Shown: positions 27,719 to 37,280, counted from the first letter of the stretch. The stretch: DNA of 64,000 nucleotides from Actinomycetota bacterium (GCA_040006795.1 JBDTWH010000166.1:27780-91779), one strand, 5' to 3'. Program-made: numbers and translations. Notes: generated by a model not told the origin, from the letters alone.

Positions 27719-28114
27719 ATGTTGCCGGGTATGAAGCCTTACGCCCTCGTGGCCGGAGCCGTTGCAACCATCCTGCTCGGCGCCTGCTCTTCATCGACGA
27801 GTCCCGGAGCGGCCTCGTCAGCACCGCCGGCCAGTGTCAGCGCCGCAGCGGGGTTGAACGCGATCGGGGGGATCGTTATCAGGGGTTTCGCCTACTCAGG
27901 GACAATGACGGTCAAGCCTGGTCAGAAGGTCACGGTCACCAACCAGGACACCGTGGCGCACACGCTGACCGACAAGCAGACACATCTGTTCGATACCGGC
28001 AACATCGCTGGTGGCGGGGAGAGAGGAACCTTCACCGCGCCCACCAAGCCAGGGAGCTATCCGCTCGCATGCACTTATCACCCGGCGATGAAGGGCACCC
28101 TCGTCGTCAAGTAG
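27719..28114 (+). CDS. Cupredoxin (plastocyanin/amicyanin-like) lipoprotein
   Basis: 131 aa. Lipobox ILLGAC. Copper ligand pattern H...CTYHPAMKG (C-x2-H-x4-M). Confidence 0.8.
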   Translation: MLPGMKPYALVAGAVATILLGACSSSTSPGAASSAPPASVSAAAGLNAIGGIVIRGFAYSGTMTVKPGQKVTVTNQDTVAHTLTDKQTHLFDTGNIAGGGERGTFTAPTKPGSYPLACTYHPAMKGTLVVK

Positions 28115-28143
28115 GTCGTTCAGGGCAATAGCCACGCCGTTCC

Positions 28144-29070
28144 TCACACCTCGTGATGAAGCACCTCTGCCGGCAGGTTCAGCGCTGCGCTCCCATCCGC
28201 CTTGCGACCGAGGAGCTCCACGGTATACATCGCGCCAAGGACCATCGCACCGCCCAGGAACATCCGCCCGGTCAGCGACTCGCCTCCCAGCCCCACGGCG
28301 AACCCCGCTGCGAAGACGGGCTCGAGGGTCATCACGATGGCGGCGCGGGTGGCTGACAGATGGGACTGAGCCCACGTCTGTGCCCAGATGGCCACGGCAC
28401 CCGCCATCAGAGCCATGTAGAGCACCGACAGCCAGACGCCTGGGTCGGGGGGCAGCTCGACTCCCCCGGGCGCCGCGACCACCAGTGAGACCAGGGCAAT
28501 GACCACCAGCTGGACCACGGACAGGCCGGCGGCGCTGGCGGCGCAGGAGTACCGCCCCAGGCCGACGATGTGCACAGCGTAGAACAGGGCCGCGATCAGG
28601 GTCACCGTCTCCCCGAACCCGAACCCGAAGCCGTTCAGGGACAACGTCGCGAGCCCAGCAGTCGCCAGGAGCACCGCGAACCAGGTCGACCGGGGGATGC
28701 GCTCGCGCAACAGGACGGCGGTCAGGACAGGGGTCAGCACGACGTAGAGGCCGGTGATGAAGCCGGAGCGGGTGGCCTCGGTGTGCGCAAGGCCGACGGT
28801 CTGCATCAGCTGGGCGAGCGCGTACGCGATCCCCAGGCCGATCCCGACCTTGATCTCACGCTTGGACAGGGCCATCAGTGGTCGCCAGAACACAACCATC
28901 ACCGCCCCTGCGGCGATGGTGAAGCGGACCGCCAGGAAGTCAGCCGGGGAGATCTGCACGACCACGTTGCGGATCAGAAAGAACGTCGAACCCCAGATCG
29001 CGGTGAGGCCGACCAGCAGCAGTGTGGCCACATGGCGTGAGCGGGGCGTGGCCATCGGTGCCGCAGTCAA
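28144..29070 (-). CDS. DMT-superfamily (EamA) transporter
   Basis: 308 aa, about 10 TM segments in two EamA-like halves. It starts 12 nt after the upstream kinase gene ends. Confidence 0.82.
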   Translation of the reverse strand: MTAAPMATPRSRHVATLLLVGLTAIWGSTFFLIRNVVVQISPADFLAVRFTIAAGAVMVVFWRPLMALSKREIKVGIGLGIAYALAQLMQTVGLAHTEATRSGFITGLYVVLTPVLTAVLLRERIPRSTWFAVLLATAGLATLSLNGFGFGFGETVTLIAALFYAVHIVGLGRYSCAASAAGLSVVQLVVIALVSLVVAAPGGVELPPDPGVWLSVLYMALMAGAVAIWAQTWAQSHLSATRAAIVMTLEPVFAAGFAVGLGGESLTGRMFLGGAMVLGAMYTVELLGRKADGSAALNLPAEVLHHEV

Positions 29071-29082
29071 CGCAGGCTGACC

Positions 29083-30969
29083 TCAGACCACGGTCAGCGT
29101 GATGGTCGAGCCCTGGGGTGCTTTCGTTCCGCCGTCGACCGACTGGAGCCGGACCGTTCCGAAGAATCCGCCCAAGGTCCGCTCGATCTTCACCGTGAAG
29201 CCCAGATGTTCGAGCATCGACCGTGCAGTTCTTTCCTGCCGGCCGATGACATCGGGAACCTGCACGAGATCGGGGCCCTTGGAGACGACCACGGTTACCA
29301 GGTCCCCCTCGAAGAGGGTGCCGGTCGATGGGGACTGGCTGACCACGGCTCCCTTGGGCACGGTGTCGCTCCAAGCCTGTTTCTTCGAGTCGACCTTGAG
29401 CTTGGCCTTGGTTATCGCGGCCACTGCCTGGTCGGCCGGCTGGCCGGTCCAGTCCGCGAGCTGGATCGGCTGACGGCCCTGGCTGATGACGAGACCGACT
29501 TCCGCGGCGCGCTTCACCAACGTGTCTGCGGCCGGTGACGTCGAGATGACCTGGCCCTGGGGGATGGTCTCGTTGAATGCCTTGCTGACCGTGCCGACAG
29601 TGAGCTTCGCTTCGACCACCCTTTGCTCTGCGTCGACCTGGGTCCGTCCGGCCAGCCGTGGCACGGCATGTCGTTCCGGCCCTTGAGAGACTGTCAGGGT
29701 GACCGTGGATCCGCGACGGATCTGTCGCCCGGCAGGTGGGTCAGCGAGCACGACCACCCCAGCCCTGATGGTCTCGTCGAACGCTTTGACCACGTTGGAC
29801 TTCAGGTGGGCGCTGGTGAGGACCTTCTGCGCGACTGGTGTGGTCGAGTCCACGACCGTGGGCACGGTGGTGCTGGCGCCGGGGCCCACGGTGAAGAAGA
29901 GCAGGGCCGACGCTGCGGCAACCACGAACAGGGCGATCAACGCCACGAGCCACTTGCGCCCCCGCCATGCTCTGAGGCCCGGCAGCTCATGGCGGCGAGC
30001 AGAACGGCTCAGCTGGCCACCGAGGGACCTGCCTCCGGGGGCAACAGCAGTGCCGGGAAGCATGACGGTCGGGTCCGAGGCCGCCCCGGGCGCCATGGGC
30101 CGCCGGTCGAGCTCGTCCGGCGAGAGCGCCCGCCGTGCCTGGCGCATCTCAGCCAGCAGCTCGTTGGCATCCCGGGGGCGCCTGTCAGGGTCGCGGGCGC
30201 TGGCGCTCGCGACAAGATGATCGAGCTCGGCAGGCACCGTGTCGAGACGGCTCGAGGGAAGGGGCACCTCGCTGTGCACGTGCTGGTAGGCCACATGGAT
30301 CGGTGACTCGCCGACAAAGGCCTTGGACCCGGTGAGCATCTCGAAAAGCACCAAACCAGCGGCATAGACATCACTGCGGGCATCGGTGAACCCCCGTTCG
30401 ACCTGCTCGGGGGAAAGATATGCCACGGTTCCGAGAAGGAGACCTGTCTGATCGGTCGAGGTGGTTGACACAATCGCCCGGGCCAGCCCGAAGTCGGCGA
30501 CCTTGACCGTGCCGTCATTGCGCAGGATGACGTTCTCGGGCTTGACGTCGCGGTGGATCAGGCCTGCGCTGTGTGCTGCGCCCAGCGCCTGCAGCACGGG
30601 ATCCATGATATCCAGGGCCGCACGCGGGGTCAGCGGGCCCTCGGAGTGCATGACCTGCCGCAGCGTCAGGCCGTTGACCAGCTCCATGGCGAGGAACACC
30701 TGGCCGTCGTCCTCGCCCTGGTCGTAGACGGCCACGACATGGGGGTGGCTCAGCTTGGCTGCGGAGCGGGCCTCACGGCGGAACTTCTCAACAAAGACGT
30801 CGTCCTTGGCCAGGTCAGCGCGCATGACCTTGAGTGCGACCTGGCGATCCAGCCGCTGGTCCAGGGCGACGTAGACGGTCGCCATCCCGCCGTCAGCCAG
30901 GTGCGAGAGCACGCGGTAGCGCCCGTCGAGGACACGACCTATGAGGGAGAAGGTAACAGGGGAGGACAC
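29083..30969 (-). CDS. Transmembrane Ser/Thr protein kinase with four extracellular PASTA domains
   Basis: 628 aa. VALKVM, HRDVKPENV, DFGLA and SPEQ kinase motifs. One TM segment (WLVALIALFVVAAASALLFF). Four ~65-aa PASTA-like repeats. Confidence 0.92.
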   Translation of the reverse strand: MSSPVTFSLIGRVLDGRYRVLSHLADGGMATVYVALDQRLDRQVALKVMRADLAKDDVFVEKFRREARSAAKLSHPHVVAVYDQGEDDGQVFLAMELVNGLTLRQVMHSEGPLTPRAALDIMDPVLQALGAAHSAGLIHRDVKPENVILRNDGTVKVADFGLARAIVSTTSTDQTGLLLGTVAYLSPEQVERGFTDARSDVYAAGLVLFEMLTGSKAFVGESPIHVAYQHVHSEVPLPSSRLDTVPAELDHLVASASARDPDRRPRDANELLAEMRQARRALSPDELDRRPMAPGAASDPTVMLPGTAVAPGGRSLGGQLSRSARRHELPGLRAWRGRKWLVALIALFVVAAASALLFFTVGPGASTTVPTVVDSTTPVAQKVLTSAHLKSNVVKAFDETIRAGVVVLADPPAGRQIRRGSTVTLTVSQGPERHAVPRLAGRTQVDAEQRVVEAKLTVGTVSKAFNETIPQGQVISTSPAADTLVKRAAEVGLVISQGRQPIQLADWTGQPADQAVAAITKAKLKVDSKKQAWSDTVPKGAVVSQSPSTGTLFEGDLVTVVVSKGPDLVQVPDVIGRQERTARSMLEHLGFTVKIERTLGGFFGTVRLQSVDGGTKAPQGSTITLTVV

Positions 30970-31104
30970 GTGTTGAGTCTACGGAACTCTTGGCAGAATC
31001 TCCGCAGGCGTGCTGGAGGGGGGCCGAGGTCAGCTGCGAGGCGCGCTCGAATGCCGGTCTGGGTCGTGGTTTCCCCGCCGTCCAGAGCGTGACAGTCTTG
31101 AGCT

Positions 31105-31497
31105 GTGGCCAATGACAGCAACCCGGATGAACCAGCCGATGACGACCTCGAGGAGCTCGTGGGGGAGTGGCTCACCGTCCCCGATATCGGTGAACGGATG
31201 GGTCTTCGGCTCAGCGACGTTCGTCAGATGATCGAGGACCGGCAGGTTCTCGCGGTGCGGATCGGCCCCCGCAAGGTGGTCTCAGTGCCGTCCAAGTTCT
31301 TCAATGAAGAGGGGCCGCTCCCTGAGCTCCCAGGCACATTTACCGTCCTGCGAGACAGCCGGATGACCGATGCCCAGATTCTGAGATGGCTGTTCACCCC
31401 CGATGACAGCCTGCCGGTTCAGGGCGCTCCCATGGACGCGCTGCTGGCCGGTTTCAAGACAGAGGTGCGCCGCCGCGCCATGGAAGCGGCCTACTGA
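31105..31497 (+). CDS. Rv2175c-like DNA-binding protein
   Basis: 130 aa. WLTVPDIGERMGLRLSDVRQMIEDRQVLAVRIG is a winged-helix-like segment. It is divergent from the kinase, as Rv2175c is from pknL in M. tuberculosis. Confidence 0.78.
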   Translation: MANDSNPDEPADDDLEELVGEWLTVPDIGERMGLRLSDVRQMIEDRQVLAVRIGPRKVVSVPSKFFNEEGPLPELPGTFTVLRDSRMTDAQILRWLFTPDDSLPVQGAPMDALLAGFKTEVRRRAMEAAY

Positions 31498-31543
31498 CGT
31501 TGAACGCAACTCTGGGTGAGATGAGTCTGAGCTTGGGGCCGAC

Positions 31544-31864
31544 GTGAAGCATGCCTCGTATGCCGTGATGCTGGCGCTCGTGCTGGCCGGCACCCTCCCT
31601 CTGCACAGGTGCTACCGCCTTGGCGTCCTTCGCCAGCCGTTGCGCCTGCTCCTGGCGATCGTTCCCGCAGCCGTGCTCTTTCTGGCCTGGGACCTTGCGG
31701 CCGCGGCGGCCGGGCAGTGGCATTTCGACCCCGCCCAGACGTTCGCTGCCCGGTTGTGGGGTCTGCCCCTTGAGGAGTACGCGTTCTTCCTGGTCATCCC
31801 GCTTGCCGGCATCCTGACCTTTGAAGCGGTGACCGAAGTGAGCTCTCGGCGCGGCGCTTCATGA
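31544..31864 (+). CDS. crtYc: Lycopene cyclase domain protein, heterodimeric cyclase subunit
   Basis: 106 aa, 3 TM, PLEEYAFFLVIP motif (the PxE(E/D) motif of CrtYc/Yd-type cyclases). GTG start. Confidence 0.75.
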   Translation: MKHASYAVMLALVLAGTLPLHRCYRLGVLRQPLRLLLAIVPAAVLFLAWDLAAAAAGQWHFDPAQTFAARLWGLPLEEYAFFLVIPLAGILTFEAVTEVSSRRGAS

Positions 31865-31868
31865 CAGC

Positions 31869-32222
31869 TTGCGCATGATGCCCTACACCGCGGCGGCCCC
31901 TGTCGCCGTGCTTGCAGCGATCCTGGTTGACCTCTTCATCCTGCGCACCGCCCTGGTGCGCAGGATGACCTGGTGGACGGCATACGGCATCGTCCTGGTA
32001 TTTCAGCTGATCACCAACGGCTGGCTCACCGGGCGGGGCATCGTCCGGTACAGCGGTGACGCGATCCTGGGCTCGGGGCAGATCATGTTCCTCGGCGACG
32101 GGCGCCTTGCCTATGCGCCCGTCGAGGACCTGGCCTTCGGCTTTGCGCTGGTGCTCATCAGCTGCGCCGCATGGGTGTGGGCCGGCGCACGGATCCGATC
32201 GGCTCACGTCCGGAAGGCGTAG
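31869..32222 (+). CDS. crtYd: Lycopene cyclase domain protein, second subunit
   Basis: 117 aa, 3 TM, APVEDLAFGFALV motif. The start may be TTG 31869 or ATG 31875/31878. Confidence 0.75.
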   Translation: MRMMPYTAAAPVAVLAAILVDLFILRTALVRRMTWWTAYGIVLVFQLITNGWLTGRGIVRYSGDAILGSGQIMFLGDGRLAYAPVEDLAFGFALVLISCAAWVWAGARIRSAHVRKA

Positions 32223-33145
32223 CGGGCAAGGCTGGCGTTCGCGGTGCGGGTCGCCACATGTCCGACAGCGGCCAGTCGTTGCCATGGAGGCACGATCAGA
32301 CGGCGTTCGAACACGTTGAAGTCATTGGCGATCACGCGATGGAGGATCCGCCGGTACAGCGTGAACGCCAGCTCCAGACACGGCCGGCTGCGCCGGTCGA
32401 CCATCCTGAGCCCCGGTTTGGCTACGGCGTAGAGGCTGAGCGCCCGGCGCACCTCGAAGGCGACGAGGGAGCGTACCTCTCTCGAGGGCACCCCAGTCTG
32501 GACAGCCCGGGCGAGCAGGGCCTCGCTGACCCCGAATCGCGCCAGATCGGACAGCGGGAGATAGACCCGGCCCCGGTGGTGGTCCTCAACGATGTCGCGG
32601 ATGAAGTTGGTCAGCTGGAAGGCCTCCCCGAGGGCCGCCGCACGGCCCAGTGCCTCAGGTCCCGCCGCGCCCAGCAGTGGCGCCATCAGCTCCCCGATGA
32701 CCGCGGCGCTGCCGCGCATGTACCCGCGGAGGTCTTCCCAGGTGGCATAGCGCGAGATCGTCAGATCCATCGCCATCGAGTCGAGGAACTCCTGCAAGAG
32801 ATCGGGTTCGAGCCCGGTGGCCCGCATCGAGTGCCAGGTCGCGGTCAGGACGGGCTGGCCGGGACCAGGTCGGGACGCGGCTCGCACGGCGGCCATCGCC
32901 CGGCCGCGCCAGGCGAGGAAGGCCGCCGGGTCCGGACCGGCGGCTGCGTCCACCATCTCGTCGGCCACCCGTGCGAAGGCGTAGAGGGCCCACACGTCGC
33001 GGCGTCTCTCACGCGGGAGCAGCTGGGTGGCCAGATAGAACGTTCGACCGTGAGTCGCGTGAACTCGCCGGCAGTGCTCATAGGCGGCCGCCAGATCCGG
33101 CGCCTCACCGGTCGCCGCGTGGAGCCCGAGCGTGACGTCGCTCAA
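32204..33145 (-). CDS. crtB: Phytoene synthase
   Basis: 313 aa. YEHCRRVHATHGRTFYLATQLLP, with Asp-rich motifs ARVADEMVD and NFIRDIVED. Confidence 0.9.
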   Translation of the reverse strand: MSDVTLGLHAATGEAPDLAAAYEHCRRVHATHGRTFYLATQLLPRERRRDVWALYAFARVADEMVDAAAGPDPAAFLAWRGRAMAAVRAASRPGPGQPVLTATWHSMRATGLEPDLLQEFLDSMAMDLTISRYATWEDLRGYMRGSAAVIGELMAPLLGAAGPEALGRAAALGEAFQLTNFIRDIVEDHHRGRVYLPLSDLARFGVSEALLARAVQTGVPSREVRSLVAFEVRRALSLYAVAKPGLRMVDRRSRPCLELAFTLYRRILHRVIANDFNVFERRLIVPPWQRLAAVGHVATRTANASLARYAFRT

Positions 33146-34716
33146 CGCCAGGCCAAGGAGCGATAGTTCGGGTCGCGGCCGGTGAGACGTTCGGCGGCGA
33201 GACGTCCGCTGATCAGCACCATGGGCACGCCAACCCCTGGAGTGGTGCTCGAACCGGCGAAAGCCACGTTGTCCCCGAGCCTGTTGGCAGAGCGGAACGG
33301 CCCGGTCTGGCTGAAGGTGTGGGCAGCCGAGAACGGGGTGCCGCCGCCGAGCCCGCGAGCGGCCCAGTCCGCTGGGGTGATCAGCACCTCGGCGTCGATG
33401 GCATCGCCAAATCCGTGAAACCCTGCCCTCTGCACGGCGTTGAGCATGTGCTCACGGTACGAACCGCGCAGCGCTGCCCAGTTGAGCGGCCGCTCATGGT
33501 CGAGGTTTGGCACGGGAAAGAGCACGTATGCCGCGCTGCGGCCGGCGGGTGCCAGCCCCGGGTCGGTGACCGACGGCAACGAGACCATGAAGGAAGGGTC
33601 GCGCATGAGCCGCCCGGCGTCGAGGTCCTCGAAGACCGTGGACCAGGCACGGCCGAAGCTCATCGTGTGGTGTGCCGCATCGGGCCAGGTGGATTTCACC
33701 CCGGCGGCAAGGACGACGCACGAGGGCGAGTACCGGGTCCTGGCGGGGTGGCCGGTCGGTGAGCGGCCAGACCCCATCTCACGCGGCGTCCGGTGGAGGA
33801 CGTCAAGGGCAGCCGGCCGGTCGAGGGCCATGACCACGGCGTCCGGAGCCCAGGTGCGCCCATCGGGACTCTGCAGCTCGATGACCCGTCTGCCGATCCA
33901 GGTCGTCGTCACGACCGGGGTGTCGTAGACGAACTCGACGCCGGCTTTGCGTGCCGCAGCCTCCATCGCCGTGGGCAGGGCGCTCATCCCGCCAACGGGA
34001 TACGACAGGCCCTCGACCAGGTCCATGTAGGAGATCACCGCATAGATCGCCAGCGCTCGCTCCGGTGAGACACCGGCATACAGGGACTGGAAGCTGAAGA
34101 TCCGCTGCAGCCGCTCGTCGTGGAAGTAGCGGGCGACGGTGGGGGCGAGTCGTGAGAAGCCGCGCAGGGCAACGAGCCTGGCCAGTGAGGACCCGAACAG
34201 GTCGAGCGGGGAGTCAAAGTTGCGGTCGATGAAGTCGCGCATCTGCAGGCGGTAGAGGCGGGACACGAAGTCGACGTATCGCCGGTATCCGCCTGCGTCG
34301 GCGTCGCCCCAGGATCCGCTGAAGGCCCGGATGCGTTCTGTCATGGCGTTCACGTCGCTGGTGACCATCAGGGCAGAGCCGTCGGCGAACTGCGCCCGGT
34401 AGGCCGGATCGAGCGGGCGCAGGGTGACCCAGTCGGACAGGGACTCGCCGAGAGCCGCGAAACAGTCTGCAAGAAGGTCCGGCATGGTCAGCACTGTCGG
34501 GCCGGTGTCGAGGTGGTAGGTGCCTCCTCCCGGGGCCGGCACGGACACCCCGGCCGCACTCCCGCCCGGAGTGCCGGTGGCCTCCAGGACCGTTACCCGG
34601 CGGCCGGCTCCCGCCAGGTGCATGGCTGCGGACAGACCCGCGAGGCCGGCGCCGACCACCACCACATGTTCAGGGGTGGGGTCGCGACCCGAGGTCGTGG
34701 GGGCGGGCCCCTTCAC
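33142..34716 (-). CDS. crtI: Phytoene desaturase
   Basis: 524 aa. FAD fold VVVVGAGLAGLSAAMHLAGAGRRVTVLE and the C-terminal GSSTTPGVGVPMVLISG motif. ATGA overlaps on both sides. Confidence 0.9.
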   Translation of the reverse strand: MKGPAPTTSGRDPTPEHVVVVGAGLAGLSAAMHLAGAGRRVTVLEATGTPGGSAAGVSVPAPGGGTYHLDTGPTVLTMPDLLADCFAALGESLSDWVTLRPLDPAYRAQFADGSALMVTSDVNAMTERIRAFSGSWGDADAGGYRRYVDFVSRLYRLQMRDFIDRNFDSPLDLFGSSLARLVALRGFSRLAPTVARYFHDERLQRIFSFQSLYAGVSPERALAIYAVISYMDLVEGLSYPVGGMSALPTAMEAAARKAGVEFVYDTPVVTTTWIGRRVIELQSPDGRTWAPDAVVMALDRPAALDVLHRTPREMGSGRSPTGHPARTRYSPSCVVLAAGVKSTWPDAAHHTMSFGRAWSTVFEDLDAGRLMRDPSFMVSLPSVTDPGLAPAGRSAAYVLFPVPNLDHERPLNWAALRGSYREHMLNAVQRAGFHGFGDAIDAEVLITPADWAARGLGGGTPFSAAHTFSQTGPFRSANRLGDNVAFAGSSTTPGVGVPMVLISGRLAAERLTGRDPNYRSLAWR

Positions 34717-35798
34717 GCGGAGCGGGCCGTCGAGACGTCGATGAGTGCGTCCAACGCCTCCACTCCCTGGTCGGTCAGGCCTGTGGTTGCGTGAAGGGCC
34801 GTGCGGGCCGAAGCGCTCAGGTCAAGAATCATCTGCTCGACGCGTTCACGGGCACCGCTCGCGGTGATCGCCTCACGCAGCTCGTCCACGCCGGCATCGC
34901 CCAGGTCCGGCGAACCCAGCAGCTTGTCGAAGAGTGATGCGCCATAAGGGGCAACCTGGTCCAATGCCAGCGCGACCAGGACGGTGCGCTTGCCCTCACG
35001 CAGGTCGTCGCCGGCTGGTTTGCCGGTCTGTGCAGGGTCTCCGAAGACACCCAGCAGGTCATCGCGCAGCTGAAAGGCCTCACCGAGGTCGAGTCCGTAG
35101 GCCGAGAGCGCGTCACAGTCGGACGCGCCGACGTCGGCCGCTGCGGCCCCGATCAGCAGGGGGTGTTCGATGGTGTACTTGGCGCTCTTGTATCGAATCA
35201 CGGTCTGGGCGCGCGCAACTCGCGCGGCGGTGCTCAGATCCTCCCAACCGCGGGCGGACTCGAGGACGTCGAGGAACTGCCCGCCCATCAGCTGAGTGCG
35301 CATCCGGTCGAAGATCGGACGGGCGCGCGTGATCGCGGCCGCGGGCAGCCCCGACGTTGCAAAGAGCTCATCGCTCCAGATCAGGCAGAGGTCACCGCCC
35401 AGGATGGCGCCGGCAATGCCGAAACGTTCACCGCTGCCTGCCCAACCGGCCGCGGCATGCTCATCGGCCAGGCGCCGGTGTGCCGCTGGCATCCCACGGC
35501 GGGTGTCGCTGTCGTCCATGACGTCGTCATGAAGCAGGGCCGCGGCCTGGAAGAACTCCATGGCGGACGCGGCGCGGATGACGGACTCGTCGTCCGGCCC
35601 GCCGCCAGCGCGATAGCCCCAGTAGAGGAAGGCCGCCCGGAGCCGCTTTCCACCCTTGAGCAATGCGCCGACCGCCGCCACCAGGGGTGTGAGCTCGTCG
35701 CCGATCTCGGACAGAACCCGGGCCTGGGCCGAGATCTCGGCGTCGACTACGGCCTGCACGCGTGCAGGCAGGTCACTGGTGGTCAGTGGATTCGACAA
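34713..35798 (-). CDS. crtE: Polyprenyl (geranylgeranyl) diphosphate synthase
   Basis: ORF 34713..36161 trimmed to the TTG at 35798 because GGGAGG lies 6 nt upstream; the longer form would overlap metF. FARM LLHDDVMDDSDTRRG and SARM FQLRDDLLG. Positional equivalent of mycobacterial idsA2. Confidence 0.82.
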   Translation of the reverse strand: MSNPLTTSDLPARVQAVVDAEISAQARVLSEIGDELTPLVAAVGALLKGGKRLRAAFLYWGYRAGGGPDDESVIRAASAMEFFQAAALLHDDVMDDSDTRRGMPAAHRRLADEHAAAGWAGSGERFGIAGAILGGDLCLIWSDELFATSGLPAAAITRARPIFDRMRTQLMGGQFLDVLESARGWEDLSTAARVARAQTVIRYKSAKYTIEHPLLIGAAAADVGASDCDALSAYGLDLGEAFQLRDDLLGVFGDPAQTGKPAGDDLREGKRTVLVALALDQVAPYGASLFDKLLGSPDLGDAGVDELREAITASGARERVEQMILDLSASARTALHATTGLTDQGVEALDALIDVSTARSA

Positions 35799-35863
35799 TC
35801 GGTCCCTCCCGGATGCTGATCTGACTGACCCTACGTGCCGCACGGTCGCATACTCTGGCCGGT

Positions 35864-36808
35864 ATGGCGCACGGAACCTCATCAACGATGCCGCAGGCTG
35901 CGCATCTGACCCGCTCGATTCCACGGATGCTCGAGCAGGAGGGAACGTCCTACAGCTTCGAGTTCTTCCCGCCCAAGGACGACGCGGGTGAGCAGACGCT
36001 GTGGGAGGCGATCCGTCACCTGGAGCGTATCCGTCCGACGTTCGTCTCGGTGACCTATGGGGCGGGCGGTTCGACCCGTGAACGCACGGTGCGGGTGACG
36101 GGGCGGATCGCACGCGAGACCACGCTGACGCCGATGGCTCATCTGACCTGTGTCGGGTCATCGGTGGCCGAGCTGCGGCAGGTTGTGGGGGAGTACGCCG
36201 GTGCAGGGATCCGCAACGTGCTGGCTCTGCGTGGTGACCCGCCCGGTGGCCCCGGAACTGCCTGGACCCCCCACCCCGAGGGCTTCAGCCACGCGGATGA
36301 GCTCGTCGAGCTGATTCGTTCGCTGGGCAGCTTCACCGTCGGGGTCGCCGCATTTCCCGACAAGCACCCTGAGTCCGAAGACCTCGACCAGGACGCGGAC
36401 GTGCTCGTGCGCAAGGCCGACGCGGGGGCGGAGTTCGCTGTCACCCAGTTCGTCTTCGACGCCGACAGCTACGTGCGGCTTCGTGACCGGGTGGTCGCCC
36501 GCGGGCGCGACCTGCCGATCATCCCCGGGCTGATGCCGGTGACGAGCTTCTCCCAGGTACGCCGGATGGCCACGATGTCCGGGACGCCACTTCCGGCTTC
36601 TGTGGTCTCCCGGCTCGAGGCCGTCTCAGATGACCCGGACGCGATCCGCGAGGTGGGCGTGGAGATAGCCACCGAGCTGGCCCAGCGGTTGTTGGCGGAA
36701 GGAGCCCCCGGCCTGCACTTCTACACGATGAACCGCTCGCCGGCCACGCTCAGGGTCTATGCCAACCTCGGCGTCCAGACGACGGTCAGGTTGCCGGCCG
36801 GCCACTGA
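35864..36808 (+). CDS. metF: Methylenetetrahydrofolate reductase
   Basis: 314 aa. SFEFFPPK, VSVTYGAGGSTR, ALRGDPP. The start could also be 35888 or 35927. Confidence 0.9.
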   Translation: MAHGTSSTMPQAAHLTRSIPRMLEQEGTSYSFEFFPPKDDAGEQTLWEAIRHLERIRPTFVSVTYGAGGSTRERTVRVTGRIARETTLTPMAHLTCVGSSVAELRQVVGEYAGAGIRNVLALRGDPPGGPGTAWTPHPEGFSHADELVELIRSLGSFTVGVAAFPDKHPESEDLDQDADVLVRKADAGAEFAVTQFVFDADSYVRLRDRVVARGRDLPIIPGLMPVTSFSQVRRMATMSGTPLPASVVSRLEAVSDDPDAIREVGVEIATELAQRLLAEGAPGLHFYTMNRSPATLRVYANLGVQTTVRLPAGH

Positions 36809-36840
36809 AGTGGACCCGGAGTGGGCGACAGGCAGGTGGC

Positions 36841-37203
36841 TCAGTAGCGACTGGCGATGATGTGGCGCACGTCGGCTGTCTGTGATGCATTCACGGAGAC
36901 AGTCAGCTTGCCTGCGAACCGGCCCGCGACCGATGGTCCGTCGTTGAGCCAGTCGCCCGGTGTGGGGGCACGATGCCCCACCCGTCTCTGCTCTTCCAGC
37001 AGCTGTCGAGCCTGGCTGCGCGACCCGGAGAACATGTCTTCCATCGCGGCGAACGCCACAGCAGCCGACCCTTTGCTGACCCCGTGGAGGCGAATCCATC
37101 CCCGCTGCTCCGCTGCCTTCAGTGCCCGGCCGATCGCAAGAAGCAGGGCCACTGCGACGAGGGTCGCCAGCGCGATCTCGACCCCCGTTCGCTGCGTGAT
37201 CAT
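36841..37203 (-). CDS. Hypothetical N-terminally anchored small protein
   Basis: 120 aa, one TM (VEIALATLVAVALLLAI). No motif recognised. Confidence 0.4.
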   Translation of the reverse strand: MITQRTGVEIALATLVAVALLLAIGRALKAAEQRGWIRLHGVSKGSAAVAFAAMEDMFSGSRSQARQLLEEQRRVGHRAPTPGDWLNDGPSVAGRFAGKLTVSVNASQTADVRHIIASRY

Positions 37204-37244
37204 CGTCCCATCCTAGGCATCATGAGGCGCAGCCAGGGCGCCGC

Positions 37245-37280
37245 CAGATGACCCATCCAAAAAGACAGATGACCCATCCA
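37245..37280. repeat. Direct repeat cagatgacccatcca x2 with 21-bp period, intergenic
   Basis: Copies at 37245-37259 and 37266-37280. Confidence 0.9.

Noticed and set aside
31544-32222. Interpreting the two small lycopene-cyclase-domain genes as a C50 carotenoid (decaprenoxanthin-type) epsilon-cyclase cluster.
   Set aside because: No lycopene elongase (UbiA-type prenyltransferase, crtEb) is adjacent or anywhere in the window, so a C40 beta-type cyclase is the simpler reading.
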